Assembly: GCA_035316325.1 (NCBI GenBank) | Contig: DATHJB010000033.1 | Coordinates: forward strand, 21,510 to 85,509 | From: Acidimicrobiales bacterium | Lineage (GTDB): Bacteria > Actinomycetota > Acidimicrobiia > Acidimicrobiales > VFJN01 | DNA: 64,000 bases | Direction: 5' to 3' | Part shown: positions 21,167 through 29,996 of the stretch, piece by piece | How positions within the stretch are numbered: position 1 is the stretch's first letter | How the letters are laid out: each line of letters starts with the position of its first letter | The notes under the pieces: model-generated | Told to the model about the DNA's origin: nothing | Seen by the model: the letters and a program-made list of their open reading frames with translations, nothing else | Database searches by the model: none | Translations under genes and position numbers: made by a program

Positions 21167-22339
21167 ATGCCGAGCTTCCGAGAACTGCTTTCCGCAACCA
21201 AGGCCGAGATCCGCGAGGTTGACACCGCGGAGGCCGACGAGATCCGGCGCCGGCCCGGGGCCGTGGTGCTCGACGTGCGCGAGCCCGACGAGTACGAGCA
21301 GGGCGCCATCCCCGGCGCCGTCCACATCGCCCGGGGCACGCTGGAGGGCAGCGTCGAGGGGCGCCTCACCGACAAGGCGGCGCCCATCGTCATCCACTGC
21401 GCCAGCGGGGTCCGCTCGGCCTTCGCCGCCAAGACCCTCACCGAGCTCGGCTACGAGGACGTCGTGTCCATGTCGGGCGGCTTCAACAAGTGGAAGGACG
21501 AGGGCCGCGACTGGAAGGCGCCGCAGGTCCTCAGCGCCGACCAGCGCAACCGCTACCAGCGGCACCTGCTGCTGCCCGAGGTCGGCATCGAGGGCCAGCA
21601 GAAGCTGCTGGGCGCCAAGGTGCTGCTGCTCGGAGCCGGCGGCCTGGGCTCACCGGCCGCCATGTACCTCACGGCCGCGGGCGTCGGGACGATCGGCATC
21701 GTCGACATGGACGTGGTCGACGAGTCGAACCTGCAGCGCCAGATCCTCCACAACATGGACCGGATCGGCGAGCGCAAGGTCGACTCGGCCAAGAAGACGC
21801 TGACGGCGCTGAACCCCGACGTCGACGTGGTCACCCACGACGTGCGGCTGGGCGCCGACAACGTGATGGAGATCCTGTCCGGCTACGACGTGGTGGTCGA
21901 CGGCGCCGACAACTTCCCGGTGCGCTACCTGCTCAACGACGCCGCCCTGAAGTTGGGCGTGAAGGTGGTGCACGGGTCGATCTTCCGGTTCGAGGGCCAG
22001 ATCACCGTGTTCAAGCCGCACGACGGCCCCTGCTACCGCTGCTTCCTCCCCGAGCCCCCGCCGCCGGAGCTGGCGCCGTCGTGCGCCGAGGCCGGCGTGC
22101 TGGGCGTGCTGCCGGGCATCGTCGGGTCGATCCAGGCGCTCGAGGCGATCAAGCTGATCCTCGACCTGGGCGACGACCTGTCGGGCCGCCTGCTCGCCTA
22201 CGACTCCCTCGAGCAGTCGTTCCGCACCTACAAGATCCTCCGCGACCCGCAGTGCCCCACCTGCTCGATCGACCCGGCCGACATCGTCATCGCCGAGTAC
22301 GACGAGCACTGCGCCCCCCACCGGGCCCACGCCCACTGA
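21167..22339 (+). CDS. Rhodanese-ThiF/MoeB fusion: sulfur-carrier protein adenylyltransferase/sulfurtransferase (MoeZ-like, reversed domain order)
   Basis: N-terminal rhodanese domain (VIHCASGVRS active-site loop) followed by a ThiF/MoeB domain (RYQRHLLLPEVG, LLLGAGGLGSP, CYRC...CPTC Zn site). Confidence 0.88.
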   Translation: MPSFRELLSATKAEIREVDTAEADEIRRRPGAVVLDVREPDEYEQGAIPGAVHIARGTLEGSVEGRLTDKAAPIVIHCASGVRSAFAAKTLTELGYEDVVSMSGGFNKWKDEGRDWKAPQVLSADQRNRYQRHLLLPEVGIEGQQKLLGAKVLLLGAGGLGSPAAMYLTAAGVGTIGIVDMDVVDESNLQRQILHNMDRIGERKVDSAKKTLTALNPDVDVVTHDVRLGADNVMEILSGYDVVVDGADNFPVRYLLNDAALKLGVKVVHGSIFRFEGQITVFKPHDGPCYRCFLPEPPPPELAPSCAEAGVLGVLPGIVGSIQALEAIKLILDLGDDLSGRLLAYDSLEQSFRTYKILRDPQCPTCSIDPADIVIAEYDEHCAPHRAHAH

Positions 22340-22402
22340 CCCCACCCGGCGCACCGGCCCCCCGTTCGGGGGCGGGTTCACGAAGGGGCGTAAGGTGGAC
22401 GG

Positions 22403-23365
22403 GTGATGCGGCGCCGTCTAGCTGGGGCATCGACAGCGGTGGGCGTGCTGCTGGCGGGCCTTGCCATCGTGTTCGTCGGCCAGCGGCTGACCAGCAGCTG
22501 GGACGAGGTCTCCGACAGCCTGGCCGACGCCCGCCTCGGGTGGATCGTCGTTGCCGTGGTGCTGGGCGCGCTGGGCATGTCGGCGATCGCCGTGCCCTGG
22601 CGGCGGGCGCTGAGGCTGCTCGGGGGCGACCTCTCGTTCTCGGACACGCTGGCCCGCTACTACCTCGGTGAGCTGGGCAAGTACCTGCCCGGTGGGTTGT
22701 GGCCGGTGGTGGGGCGCGGTGAGCTGGCCCGGCGCGCCGGTGTGTCCCGCGTCGCCGCCTACACCAGCGTGGCGCTGTCGCTGGCGGCCCTCTACCTGGC
22801 GGCGATGTTCCTGACGGTCGCCGCCGCGCCCGCCATCGTCAACAGCGACCGGGGCGAGAGCGGGGGAGCGGGCAAGTACCTGTGGGCGCTCGCGCTCCTG
22901 CCCGTCGGCCTCGCCTTCCTCCACCACGCCGTGCTCGAACGGGTGCGGGTCCTGGGCGAGAAGGTGCTGCGTCGGTCGATCAGCGCCGAGGTCCCCCGCT
23001 GGCGTGACAGCCTCACGCTGGTGGCCTGCTACGTGCCGGCCTGGCTGTTCGTCGGCACGGCCACGTGGGCGATCGCCCGGGGTCTCGGCCAGAGCGTGGG
23101 CTGGGCAGACGTGGCTCCCGCCGCGATCCTCTCGTGGATCATCGGCTTCGTGCTGGTGCCGGTGCCCGGGGGCGTGGGCGTCCGGGAGGCGGCCTTCATC
23201 GCCGCCGCCGGTTCCCTCGACGCCGGTGTCGCCGCCGCGGTCGCCATCGTCGCCCGCCTCGTCTTCGTCGCCGTCGACGCGACCGGCGCCCTGCTCGCCT
23301 CGGCCTGGCTGGCGCGCCGCACACCCGCCCCTGACGAACCGGCCGAGCTGGTCGGCACCGGCTAG
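22403..23365 (+). CDS. Lysylphosphatidylglycerol-synthase-TM (MprF/YbhN-like) 'flippase-like' membrane protein
   Basis: Multi-TM protein. RYYLGELGKYLPGGLWPVVGR and VPVPGGVGVREAAF are characteristic of the LPG_synthase_TM family. Confidence 0.75.
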   Translation: MMRRRLAGASTAVGVLLAGLAIVFVGQRLTSSWDEVSDSLADARLGWIVVAVVLGALGMSAIAVPWRRALRLLGGDLSFSDTLARYYLGELGKYLPGGLWPVVGRGELARRAGVSRVAAYTSVALSLAALYLAAMFLTVAAAPAIVNSDRGESGGAGKYLWALALLPVGLAFLHHAVLERVRVLGEKVLRRSISAEVPRWRDSLTLVACYVPAWLFVGTATWAIARGLGQSVGWADVAPAAILSWIIGFVLVPVPGGVGVREAAFIAAAGSLDAGVAAAVAIVARLVFVAVDATGALLASAWLARRTPAPDEPAELVGTG

Positions 23366-23488
23366 CGCGCCTGCGTCCGAGCTGTGCGGCCGGGCGATCT
23401 AACCTGGCGAGTTCCGGCGTGGCTGCGTAGCCTCCCCGGGTTGCTCGCCGGGGCCGCTGGTGCTCTGGCAGCGCATCGAGAACCCCTT

Positions 23489-24313
23489 ATGACCAAACTG
23501 CAAGAGATCACTTCGCGCCGCGAGCTGTTCGTCAACCTGACGCTGCGGGAGCTGCGGGGCAAGTACAAGCGCTCGGTCCTCGGGTGGGCCTGGTCGTTGC
23601 TGAACCCGTTGACGACGATGCTGGTGTACTCCATCGTCTTCACGCTGCTGGGCGCCGTCCCCGAGACCGGCGATCCGAGCGGGCTCAGGAGCTTCGCGTT
23701 CTTCCTGATGTGTGGCCTGATCCCGTACAACTTCATCTCGAACGGCCTCAACGGCGGGCTGATGTCGCTGCTGGGCAACGGCAACCTGGTGAAGAAGACG
23801 TACTTCCCGCGCGAGATCCTCGTGGCGGCGAGCACGTCGGCCGCCCTGGTCCAGTACCTGATCGAGCTGGGCCTGCTGGTGGTGGCGCTGCTCTTCGTCG
23901 GCAACGTCGTGCTTCCCTGGATCCCCGTCATCCTGCTGCTGGTGGTGTTCCAGACGTTGTTCGTGCTGGGCATCTCCCTGGTGCTGTCGGCCGCGGCGGT
24001 CTACTTCCGCGACCTGCAGCACCTCATGGGCCTGGTGCTCCAGGTGTGGTTCTTCAGCGCGCCGATCGTCTACTCGAGGGACCTCGTCGACCAGAACCTG
24101 CGGGATGGCTCGTTCAGCTCGAGGCTCTTCGACCTGAACTTCGCCATCAACCCGCTGGTGCGCTTCGTCTCCGCCTACCGGAGCCTGTTCTACGACCTGC
24201 GTTGGCCGGCCACGGCCGACCTGGTGTACATCGCCGTCGTGTCGCTGCTGACCCTTGCGGTGGGGTTCTGGGCGTTCGGTCGCCTGGAAGGCCGTCTGGC
24301 GGAGGAGCTGTAG
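23489..24313 (+). CDS. ABC-2 type polysaccharide exporter permease (Wzm/TagG-like)
   Basis: RELFVNLTLRELRGKYKRSVLGWAWSLLNPL signature followed by 6 TM segments. Confidence 0.88.
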   Translation: MTKLQEITSRRELFVNLTLRELRGKYKRSVLGWAWSLLNPLTTMLVYSIVFTLLGAVPETGDPSGLRSFAFFLMCGLIPYNFISNGLNGGLMSLLGNGNLVKKTYFPREILVAASTSAALVQYLIELGLLVVALLFVGNVVLPWIPVILLLVVFQTLFVLGISLVLSAAAVYFRDLQHLMGLVLQVWFFSAPIVYSRDLVDQNLRDGSFSSRLFDLNFAINPLVRFVSAYRSLFYDLRWPATADLVYIAVVSLLTLAVGFWAFGRLEGRLAEEL

Positions 24314-25521
24314 TGGCTGAGCATCCGATCGTGGCACGGGACGTCGCCAAGCGGTTCCGGCTCTACCACGAGCGCAACCAGAGCCTGAAGGCCGCCGTCA
24401 TGCGTGGCGGCCGGGCGAGCTACGAGGAGTTCTGGGCGCTCGACGACGTGAGCTTCGAGGTCGAGCAGGGCACGACCTTCGCCCTCGTGGGCGAGAACGG
24501 CTCGGGCAAGTCGACGATGCTCAAGTGCCTGGCCAAGATCCTGCGACCCGACCGGGGCACGATCGCGGTCGAGGGAAAGATGTCGGCGCTGCTCGAGCTG
24601 GGCGCCGGGTTCCACCCCGAGCTGTCGGGCCGCGAGAACGTCTTCCTCAACGGGTCGATCCTGGGGTTGTCGAAGAAGGAGCTGGAGGCCCGCTTCGACG
24701 ACATCGTCGCCTTCGCCGGGCTGGAGCGCTTCATCGACATGCCGGTGAAGAACTACTCGTCGGGCATGTACGTGCGCCTCGGCTTCTCGGTGGCGATCAA
24801 CGTCGACCCCGACGTGCTGCTGATCGACGAGGTGCTCGCGGTCGGCGACGAGCAGTTCCAGCGTCGCTGCCTCGAGCGTGTCGCCGAGCTGCGCGAGCAG
24901 GGCAAGACCATCGTCGTCGTGACCCACTCGCTCAACACGGTGCGCAACCTCTGCGACGCGGCGGTGTGGCTCGACCGGGGCAAGATCCGGGCGAACGGCC
25001 CGGCCGGCGAGGTGGCCGACGCCTACCTCGGTGAGGTCCATGTCGACAGGGAGGTGGCCGAGGGAGGCGGGGGGACCCGCTGGGGCAGCGGCGACGTCCG
25101 TTTCACCGCGGTCGAGCTGCTGGGCCCCAAGGGCGAGCCGACCGAGCAGGTGCGCACCGGCGACGAGGTGACGTTCCGCCTGCACTTCGACGCCACCAAG
25201 CCCGTGCCGCACCCCGTGTTCGGGCTCGGGGTCTACACGCTGGAGGGCATCCAGGTGACCGGGCCCAACACCCGCGAGGCCGGCGCCGTCGTCGACCACA
25301 TCGAGGGCGAGGGCCATGTCGACCTGCGGGTCGACCGGTTGCTGCTGTTGCCGGGGAGCTACACGGTGTCGGCCGCCTGCACGGACGAGACGGTGAGCCA
25401 CACGTTCGACCACCGCCACCGGGCGCTCCACTTCGACGTGAAGCCCGGCACGCCGCACGAGACCTTCGGCGGCGTCATGTCGTTCGACGGCCGCTGGCAG
25501 ATCGTCAGCGGCACCGGCTGA
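24313..25521 (+). CDS. ABC polysaccharide exporter ATPase (Wzt/TagH-like) with C-terminal Wzt_C carbohydrate-binding domain
   Basis: Walker A GENGSGKST, signature YSSGM, Walker B LLIDEV. The ~150-aa C-terminal beta-sandwich-like extension is Wzt_C-like. The GTG start overlaps the wzm stop (TAGTG). Confidence 0.92.
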   Translation: MAEHPIVARDVAKRFRLYHERNQSLKAAVMRGGRASYEEFWALDDVSFEVEQGTTFALVGENGSGKSTMLKCLAKILRPDRGTIAVEGKMSALLELGAGFHPELSGRENVFLNGSILGLSKKELEARFDDIVAFAGLERFIDMPVKNYSSGMYVRLGFSVAINVDPDVLLIDEVLAVGDEQFQRRCLERVAELREQGKTIVVVTHSLNTVRNLCDAAVWLDRGKIRANGPAGEVADAYLGEVHVDREVAEGGGGTRWGSGDVRFTAVELLGPKGEPTEQVRTGDEVTFRLHFDATKPVPHPVFGLGVYTLEGIQVTGPNTREAGAVVDHIEGEGHVDLRVDRLLLLPGSYTVSAACTDETVSHTFDHRHRALHFDVKPGTPHETFGGVMSFDGRWQIVSGTG

Positions 25522-25532
25522 GCGGCCCGGGG

Positions 25533-25557
25533 GCGAGCGGGGCTACGCCCGGCTCGC
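25533..25557. terminator. Candidate bidirectional terminator hairpin between the convergent wzt and methyltransferase genes
   Basis: GCGAGCGGGGC-TAC-GCCCGGCTCGC forms an 11-bp stem with 1 mismatch and a 3-nt loop. There is no U-tract, and it overlaps the stop of the minus-strand gene. Confidence 0.3.
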
Positions 25558-26409
25558 GTAGAGCAGGATGCTGGGCCCGTTGACGTGGCCGGGGTCGTCG
25601 CCGCCGATGCGGATCTCGCTGTAGCCGAGCAGTTCGAGCACGGCGAGCAGGTCGTCCTGCTCCATCCACTGGGCGTGCGACTCGGGGCCGCCGCAGAAGC
25701 CGCCCCACTGGAGGGCCTCGAGGTAGTAGCGCGGGTGCAGGGTGATCTCGCGGTCCTGGAACGTGACCGTGCGCGACGGCTTCTCGAAGTGCTGGGCGAT
25801 GCTCGGCGTCGACTGGACGGGGCCGGCGTCGTAGTAGTGCGTCCAGATGGCGATCTGGTCGGCCGCCCCCGCCATCAGCTCGAGCAGCCCGAGCGGATCG
25901 GTCGAGTGGTAGAGCACGCCGCTGGCGAGCAGCAGGTCGTAGTGCGCGCCCTGGTTGGCCTCGAGGTACTTCACGAAGTCGCCCAGGAGGAACGTGCACC
26001 CGGTCAGGCCCAGCAGCTCCTTGGCGATGAGGCACTTGAGGTAGGCGCGGGTGTTGGCCTCGACGGCCGTGACCGTGGCGCCGGCGGCGGCGAGCTGGTA
26101 GCTGTGGCCGGCCTCCAGCGGGCCCAGCTCGAGCACGCGGCGCCCGCTCAGGTCGCCGGTCTGCTCGAGCAGCCAGGTGATGCGCTTGTCGTCGAACAGC
26201 TCGACCGGCCCCGCCTCGACCGCGAGGCTGGCCGGCAACGCCGAGGACCACTCGCCCTTGAACACGTCCACGGCCACCTGCGGCGACGGCAGCTCACGGA
26301 TGTACTCGTCGAGGATCCGAGCCGGTTCGGGCGCGGCAGCTGTCGGCGTCGCTTCGGTCGGCGCAGCGCTCCGTCGGCGGTTGAGCAGGCCACTGCGGGA
26401 AATTCTCAT
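25543..26409 (-). CDS. Class I SAM-dependent methyltransferase
   Basis: VLELGPLEAGHS (motif I-like) and DLLLASGVLYHSTDP. Likely start at MRISRSG (26409) within ORF 25543..26610. Confidence 0.78.
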   Translation of the reverse strand: MRISRSGLLNRRRSAAPTEATPTAAAPEPARILDEYIRELPSPQVAVDVFKGEWSSALPASLAVEAGPVELFDDKRITWLLEQTGDLSGRRVLELGPLEAGHSYQLAAAGATVTAVEANTRAYLKCLIAKELLGLTGCTFLLGDFVKYLEANQGAHYDLLLASGVLYHSTDPLGLLELMAGAADQIAIWTHYYDAGPVQSTPSIAQHFEKPSRTVTFQDREITLHPRYYLEALQWGGFCGGPESHAQWMEQDDLLAVLELLGYSEIRIGGDDPGHVNGPSILLYASRA

Positions 26410-26487
26410 CGCGGCGAAGGTAGCAGGGCCTCTGGTCGCCGTTGACCGAAGCCAGCCGGGGATGACGCACCTATTTTCCCGGGTCGA

Positions 26488-27030
26488 ATGAACCGTGCGG
26501 TGGCTTGGAGCGTTCCTGTACCGATGGAGAGCCTCGACCCGAGCGGGTTCTGCGACCGTGTGAGCGGCCGCCTGGTGGGGTCGCTGACCCTCTACTGCGG
26601 CGATCGCCATCTGGCCGAGGAGTTGGCGCAGGAAGCCCTCGCCCGTGCCTGGGAGCGCTGGCCAGCCGTGAGTCGCATGGCCTCACCCGAGGCTTGGACC
26701 TTTCGCACGGCGGTCAACCTGGCCAACTCGCGCTTCCGTCGACGCGGTGCCGAGCGGCGGGCGCACGACCGGCTGCAAGCGGAGCACGACGCCTCGGGCG
26801 AGCGTGACGACGCGACGATCCTGGCCGTGCGCGCGGCGGTACGGCAGCTTCCTCCACGTCAGCGCGCCGTCGTCGTCGCTCGTTGGTTCCTCGGCTACGA
26901 CGTCGCCGAGACCGCAGAACTGCTCGACTGCGCGCCGGGGACCGTGAAATCCACGACACACAAGGCCTTGGCGCGGCTGCGCGCCAGCGGGTTGGCGGAG
27001 GCCACCGAGAGCGAGGAGCAGGTGCGATGA
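26488..27030 (+). CDS. ECF-type RNA polymerase sigma-70 family factor
   Basis: Region 2 (AEELAQEALARAWERW) and region 4 (LPPRQRAVVVARWFLGYDVAETAELLDCAPGTVKSTTHKALARLR). Confidence 0.9.
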   Translation: MNRAVAWSVPVPMESLDPSGFCDRVSGRLVGSLTLYCGDRHLAEELAQEALARAWERWPAVSRMASPEAWTFRTAVNLANSRFRRRGAERRAHDRLQAEHDASGERDDATILAVRAAVRQLPPRQRAVVVARWFLGYDVAETAELLDCAPGTVKSTTHKALARLRASGLAEATESEEQVR

Positions 27031-27617
27031 CGGCGTTGACCGAGGTCCTGTCCAAGGCTGCGGGGCCGGAGCAGGTCGGCTTCACGAGCGAGGACATCCG
27101 GCGCTGTGTCACCCGCCGGCAGCGTCGCCGGCGCCGTGCCCGTCTCGCCGGCGCCGGCGTGCTGGTCGCCGTCGTCGGACTCACGGCAGCGTTCGGTCCG
27201 CTGTCGGACGGGGATTCGCCCGAGGAGGTCGAGACGGTGGCCGACGAACCGGAGCAGATCATCGGGCGTTGGGAGCTCACGAGCATCACTGGAATCGCGG
27301 CGATCGAAGAGCCGGCGTCGATCGAGTTCCGTGACGACGGGCGGCTCAAGGGCGATACGGGGTGCAACCAGTTCGGTTACAGATGGAGCATCGTGGACGG
27401 GAGGCTCGTCACCCACGGCGGCGGAGGGACGCTCATGTTGTGCACGAACCCGAGCGGCACCGTCGAACGTCTACTGCAGGAGATGTTGAGCGGAGATCCG
27501 GCCATCGCCCCATCCGACGACGAGGAGATCCCGCGGTCGGGCACGGAGCCCTGGACGACGCTGCGGCTCACCGCGCCGGACGGCTCCTTCGCCCTCTTCG
27601 AGCGCAGCCTGCCCTAG
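27027..27617 (+). CDS. Single-pass membrane protein with extracytoplasmic META (HslJ-like) domain; putative cognate anti-sigma/sensor
   Basis: ATGA overlap with the sigma gene. Arg-rich cytoplasmic segment, then a TM helix (GAGVLVAVVGLTAAF), then a META pattern (GRWELTSI...GDTGCNQFGYRW...TLMLC). Confidence 0.7.
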   Translation: MTALTEVLSKAAGPEQVGFTSEDIRRCVTRRQRRRRRARLAGAGVLVAVVGLTAAFGPLSDGDSPEEVETVADEPEQIIGRWELTSITGIAAIEEPASIEFRDDGRLKGDTGCNQFGYRWSIVDGRLVTHGGGGTLMLCTNPSGTVERLLQEMLSGDPAIAPSDDEEIPRSGTEPWTTLRLTAPDGSFALFERSLP

Positions 27618-28234
27618 ACGGAGGTGCCGGAGGTCCTCGCGTGGGCACGCACGAACGTCCACGGCAGGGGCGTCCGCACTGCGACCGTGTCGAAGTGCTC
27701 TTCGACGAGGGCGGTGAACGCGCGCCGCGACCAGTGCTGGATGTGGCCCGGCGTGTTGCCGAGATCACGGATGTACTTGCCGCGGGCCAGGTTGGCGATG
27801 CGCCAGATGGGCTCACGGGGGACCGACAGGACGACGTCGTCGCGCGCGACCCGGGCGATCTCCCGCAGCGCCGCCGACGGATGGGGCACGTGCTCGAGCA
27901 CCTCGATGGCCATGACCAGATCGAACGACCGGTCAGCGAACGGCAGCCGGACGATGTCGGCGAAGGCGCCGTTCAACTTCTTCTCGTGCCACGCTTCGGC
28001 CAGCTGGGCATCCGGAAGGTCGATGCCGACGAGCTGTGCGGTGGGGAAGCGCTCACGCACCCGTTCGCTGATCTCACCCTCGCCGAGGCCCACCTCGAGG
28101 ATGGTCGTGGGCTCTTCGCTCGGGAGCAGCTTGCCGAGACAGTCGAAGAAGCCGCCCATCAGCCGCGCTTCGACCGGGTTGGTCGAGGCGTACTTGTCGT
28201 AGGTGTTCCCCTTGGGGATGGCCGTCGTCGTCAT
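27614..28234 (-). CDS. Class I SAM-dependent methyltransferase
   Basis: ILEVGLGEGE (motif I) and FDLVMAIEVLEHVP. Confidence 0.85.
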   Translation of the reverse strand: MTTTAIPKGNTYDKYASTNPVEARLMGGFFDCLGKLLPSEEPTTILEVGLGEGEISERVRERFPTAQLVGIDLPDAQLAEAWHEKKLNGAFADIVRLPFADRSFDLVMAIEVLEHVPHPSAALREIARVARDDVVLSVPREPIWRIANLARGKYIRDLGNTPGHIQHWSRRAFTALVEEHFDTVAVRTPLPWTFVRAHARTSGTSV

Positions 28235-28307
28235 AGGCCGTGGTCCTGCTGCATCCTCAGTATGCCATCGCCTTCAGACAACGGCGGGTCCGCACGCCGA
28301 CGCGTGA

Positions 28308-29255
28308 TCATCGCGACCGTAGCTCCCCTGGCGACGACGAGTTGGACGAGTGACGTCTCCCGCGCACCTGCGAGATCCCGGCGAGCGATGCCTCGGCGAC
28401 CAGGCCCACCAGCCGGTGGACGGCGGACACCGCGGCCACCGTTCCCAGGCTGAGGCTCGGGATCGTCGCCAACAGAACCGTCTCGCGGACGCCCAGCCCA
28501 CCGGGGACGACGAGCGCGAGGTAGCCGACGACCCAGCCGAGGCACATGGCGGCGGCGGCTTCGACCGCGCCCACATCGGCCACGTCGCGCAGGAGCACGA
28601 CGAACGCGATCGAGAAGGCGGCCATGTTGCCGAGGGCCCAGGCGTAGCAGCGCAGGATCGCCTCCTGGGGCGGCAGGGCGTCGCCCTCGGGCAGGCGGCG
28701 CACGAAGCGACGCGCCACCCCGAGCAGCCAGCGCAGGACGCGGCGGTCGAGCACGACCACAGTGGCGAGGCTCGCGCCGGCGAGCAGCCGTCCCCAGGTG
28801 GGCAGGTCGCTGTCGAGCGCCAACGACGATCCCAGCGTGGTGCTCGCGGCGACGAAGCAGGCCGAGAAGACCGGCAGGCGCAGGGCCGCCACCGCCAGGC
28901 CGCCCTGCTCGGCCGAGAGCGCGACCTGGCTGGCCGTCTGCACGAAACCGCCTGCCGGCAGGTACTTCGTGAGCTGCGACAGGTAGATCCCCCTGGCCAG
29001 GGCGCGCCGGTCGGCATCGGGAGGGAACAGCGCGACCCAGGCACGGGCGCCACAGACCAGCGCGACGAGGTGCAGGCCGAGCGCCTCGGCGAGCACGACC
29101 GGGTTGGTGAGGTCGTCCTTGACCTCGTCGAACGAGGTGAACGCCGCGATCATCAGCCCGACCAGAGCCGCCAGCCCCAGCACGGCTTTCCACCGGGCCT
29201 TCTTCGGCCGGCTCGTGGTGCTCGGGGCAGCGACGGCCGTCTCGCCGCTGGTCAC
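28308..29255 (-). CDS. LPG_synthase_TM/'flippase-like' membrane protein (second paralog)
   Basis: YLSQLTKYLPAGGF and VVPGGLGVRETVLL motifs, multi-TM. The GTG start at 29255 forms a GTGA overlap with the upstream methyltransferase. Confidence 0.7.
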   Translation of the reverse strand: MTSGETAVAAPSTTSRPKKARWKAVLGLAALVGLMIAAFTSFDEVKDDLTNPVVLAEALGLHLVALVCGARAWVALFPPDADRRALARGIYLSQLTKYLPAGGFVQTASQVALSAEQGGLAVAALRLPVFSACFVAASTTLGSSLALDSDLPTWGRLLAGASLATVVVLDRRVLRWLLGVARRFVRRLPEGDALPPQEAILRCYAWALGNMAAFSIAFVVLLRDVADVGAVEAAAAMCLGWVVGYLALVVPGGLGVRETVLLATIPSLSLGTVAAVSAVHRLVGLVAEASLAGISQVRGRRHSSNSSSPGELRSR

Positions 29256-29953
29256 CTGCGTCGAGCCTGCACCAAGAGCACCGCGCCCTGCGTCGACTTG
29301 CTGCGGCGGTCGCTGAGCGCCACCACCGGTCCCAACGGCGCCAGCGCGTTGGGGGCGTACTTCCAGCGGTGCAGCCGCATGTAGACGCCCTGCGCCCAGA
29401 CCTCGCGGAACAGGTACTCGGTGTTCTGCACCTCGAAGCCGGTGGCTTCGAGGAGGTCGGTGAGCTTGGCCTCGTCGTAGGTGTCGACGACGGCGTAGCG
29501 ATCGCGGTGCCCCTCCGAGAGCGTGGGCCAGCGGTGCTCGGCGCACAGGGCGTCGGCCGAGAGGGCGAGTGAGCCGCCCGGGCGGGTGATGCGAGCCATC
29601 TCGGCCAGCGCCGCCTTGCCGTCGGGGAAGTGCTCGATGGCGCAGATCGACAGCGTGCCGTCGACGCTGTGGTCGGGGAACGGCAGCCGCAGGGCGTCAC
29701 CCTTCACCAGGCCGGGGGGCTCGGGCAGGGTGCGTCCACGGTGCAGCTTGGCCTCGGCCAGGTCGATGGCGACCGTGTAGGCCCCCCGCTTGGCGAGCTC
29801 GGCGGCCCAGTAGCCGTCGCCGCCGGCGATGTCGACGATCGCCTTGCCGTGGACGTCGCCCAGAGCGTCCAGCAGCCAGGCGGACTCGCGGCGGCGCACG
29901 ATGTGCACCTTGTGCCCGACGTAACCGACGGCCGTGCTTGCAAGACTGTTCAT
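29252..29953 (-). CDS. Class I SAM-dependent methyltransferase
   Basis: IVDIAGGDGYW (motif I), LPFPDHSVDGTLSICAIEHFPD, ARITRPGGSLAL. Confidence 0.85.
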   Translation of the reverse strand: MNSLASTAVGYVGHKVHIVRRRESAWLLDALGDVHGKAIVDIAGGDGYWAAELAKRGAYTVAIDLAEAKLHRGRTLPEPPGLVKGDALRLPFPDHSVDGTLSICAIEHFPDGKAALAEMARITRPGGSLALSADALCAEHRWPTLSEGHRDRYAVVDTYDEAKLTDLLEATGFEVQNTEYLFREVWAQGVYMRLHRWKYAPNALAPLGPVVALSDRRSKSTQGAVLLVQARRR

Positions 29954-29996
29954 CGCGGGCTCCACGGCCGGGGAAAAGGGACGAGGGTAGTAGGCG

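Noticed and set aside
26410-26487. ECF-type autoregulatory promoter (GGAAC...CGTT-like) upstream of the sigma factor gene.
   Set aside because: Only a TATTTT hexamer and a TTGACC with 24-nt spacing were found. No convincing -35/-10 pair at ECF spacing could be supported by eye.
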